Sequence record: EF517013.1
DNA: 553 bases
Reading direction: 5' to 3' (one strand)
DNA from: a phage
Under the pieces are notes generated by a model. It saw only the letters and a list, made by a program, of their open reading frames with translations, was not told the origin of the DNA and ran no database searches. Shown here piece after piece: positions 1-553 of the stretch (positions within the stretch are counted from its first letter, which is position 1; each line of letters begins with the position of its first letter). The translations under genes and the position numbers were made by a program.

Positions 1-553
1 GGAACATCTGCGTAGACAATACTGCTAACAGTTACTGGCTCTCTCGTGTATCTAAAACGATTCCGGCACTGGAACACTTAAACGGGTTTGATGTTCGCTG
101 GAAGCGTTTACTGAACGATGACCGTTGCTTCTACAAAGATGGCTTTATGCTTGATGGGGAACTCATGATCAAGGGCGTAGACTTTAACACAGGGTCCGGC
201 CTACTGCGTACTAAATGGACTGACACGAAGAACCAAGAGTTTCATGAAGAGTTATTCGTTGAACCAATCCGTAAGAAAGATAAAGTTCCCTTTAAGCTGC
301 ACACTGGACACCTTCACATAAAACTGTACGCTATCCTCCCGCTGCACATCGTGGAGTCTGAAGAAGACTGTGATGTCATGACGTTGCTCATGCAGGAACA
401 CGTTAAGAACATGCTGTCTCTGCTACAGGAATACTTCCCTGAAATCAAATGGCAAGCGACTGAATCTTACGAGGTCTACGATATGGTAGAATTACAGCAA
501 TTGTACGAGCAGAAGCGAGCAGAAGGCCATGAGGGTCTCATTGTGAAAGACCC
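1..553 (+). CDS. 1.3: ATP-dependent DNA ligase, T7 gene 1.3 type; internal fragment of the adenylation domain, partial at both ends (reading frame 3, first complete codon 3-5, last complete codon 549-551)
   Basis: Frame 3 is open across the whole window, while + frames 1 and 2 hit stops almost immediately (TAG 13-15, TAA 26-28, TAA 79-81, TGA 112-114). The translation matches, over essentially its full length, the T7-family ligase sequence as I recall it (…NICVDNTANSYWLSRVSKTIPALEHLNGFDVRWKRLLNDDRCFYKDGFMLDGEL…EGLIVKDP…). Covalent nucleotidyltransferase motifs III and IV are present in the expected order and spacing. Confidence 0.93.
144..170 (+). other. Nucleotidyltransferase motif III (FMLDGELMI) of the ligase adenylation domain
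   Basis: Codons ttt atg ctt gat ggg gaa ctc atg atc encode FMLDGELMI. In ATP-dependent ligases and capping enzymes the conserved acidic residues of motif III (here the D and E of DGE) contact the ribose of the bound nucleotide. Assignment is by homology to the T7 ligase motif and is an inference. Confidence 0.7.
506..525 (+). repeat. Perfect 10-bp tandem direct repeat (CGAGCAGAAG x2) inside the CDS
   Basis: Direct reading: 506-515 cgagcagaag is immediately followed by 516-525 cgagcagaag. The unit is not a multiple of 3, so the two copies are read in different phases (tac GAG CAG AAG CGA GCA GAA Ggc = Y-E-Q-K-R-A-E-G). The repeat itself is certain; biological significance is doubtful. Confidence 0.85.
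531..551 (+). other. Nucleotidyltransferase motif IV (EGLIVKD) of the ligase adenylation domain
   Basis: Codons gag ggt ctc att gtg aaa gac encode EGLIVKD, matching the motif IV pattern (E/D-G-hydrophobic-hydrophobic-hydrophobic-K) of ATP-dependent ligases. Motif V and the OB domain would lie downstream of the window. Confidence 0.7.

Noticed and set aside
13-28. Stop codons TAG (13-15) and TAA (26-28) near the 5' end that could suggest a gene boundary or intergenic region
   Set aside because: They lie in + frames 1 and 2 respectively. Frame 3 reads straight through them as part of a continuous, homology-supported ORF.
147-167. In-frame ATG codons (147-149, 165-167, and others further downstream) as possible translation starts of a shorter ORF
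   Set aside because: The frame is open and homologous to ligase upstream of them. They encode internal methionines (including those within motif III), and no Shine-Dalgarno-like purine tract precedes them.
361-369. Short purine-rich repeat gaagaagac (encoding E-E-D)
   Set aside because: A trivial 3-bp codon repetition for adjacent acidic residues, too short to be meaningful.
1-553. T7 RNA polymerase promoter, E. coli promoter or transcription terminator within the window
   Set aside because: No match to the T7 promoter consensus (TAATACGACTCACTATAG) and no GC-rich hairpin followed by a T-tract were seen. The early-region terminator of T7-like phages would lie downstream of the ligase gene, outside this window.
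1-553. Alternative or overlapping ORFs on the other five frames, including antisense
   Set aside because: + frames 1 and 2 are interrupted by stops within the first ~30-110 nt and repeatedly after. The minus-strand frames were spot-checked through the forward-strand TTA/CTA/TCA triplets that read as stops on the reverse complement, and these occur in all three phases (e.g. tta 78-80, cta 25-27, tta 32-34), though I did not enumerate them exhaustively. No frame other than +3 appears able to encode a protein-sized product.
1-553. Possibility that this is a novel defence or accessory system, or an NAD-dependent (LigA-type) ligase
   Set aside because: The sequence matches the compact ATP-dependent phage ligase family (T7 gp1.3) across the whole window, with motif III and IV spacing typical of that family. 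Nothing is left unexplained that would indicate a new system.

Overview
The whole 553-bp window is the interior of one + strand open reading frame (frame 3, first full codon at 3-5, no stop through 553), truncated at both ends. Its 184-residue translation (NICVDNTANSYWLSRVSKTIPALEHLNGFDVRWKRLLNDDRCFYKDGFMLDGELMIKGVDFNTGSGLLRTKWTDTKNQEFHEELFVEPIRKKDKVPFKLHTGHLHIKLYAILPLHIVESEEDCDVMTLLMQEHVKNMLSLLQEYFPEIKWQATESYEVYDMVELQQLYEQKRAEGHEGLIVKDP) is one I recognise as the nucleotidyltransferase (adenylation) domain of the ATP-dependent DNA ligase of coliphage T7 and its close relatives (gene 1.3). The fragment begins a few residues after the catalytic-lysine motif I (KxDG, outside the window) and ends at motif IV (EGLIVKD), before motif V and the C-terminal OB-fold domain. 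I see no promoter, terminator, RNA gene, mobile element or CRISPR array, and no alternative long ORF. I find no evidence of a novel system: this is an ordinary, well-characterised phage replication gene. The only unexplained structural observation is a perfect 10-bp tandem direct repeat inside the CDS, most likely coincidental. No searches were run; the identification rests on my reading of the frames and recall of the T7 ligase sequence.
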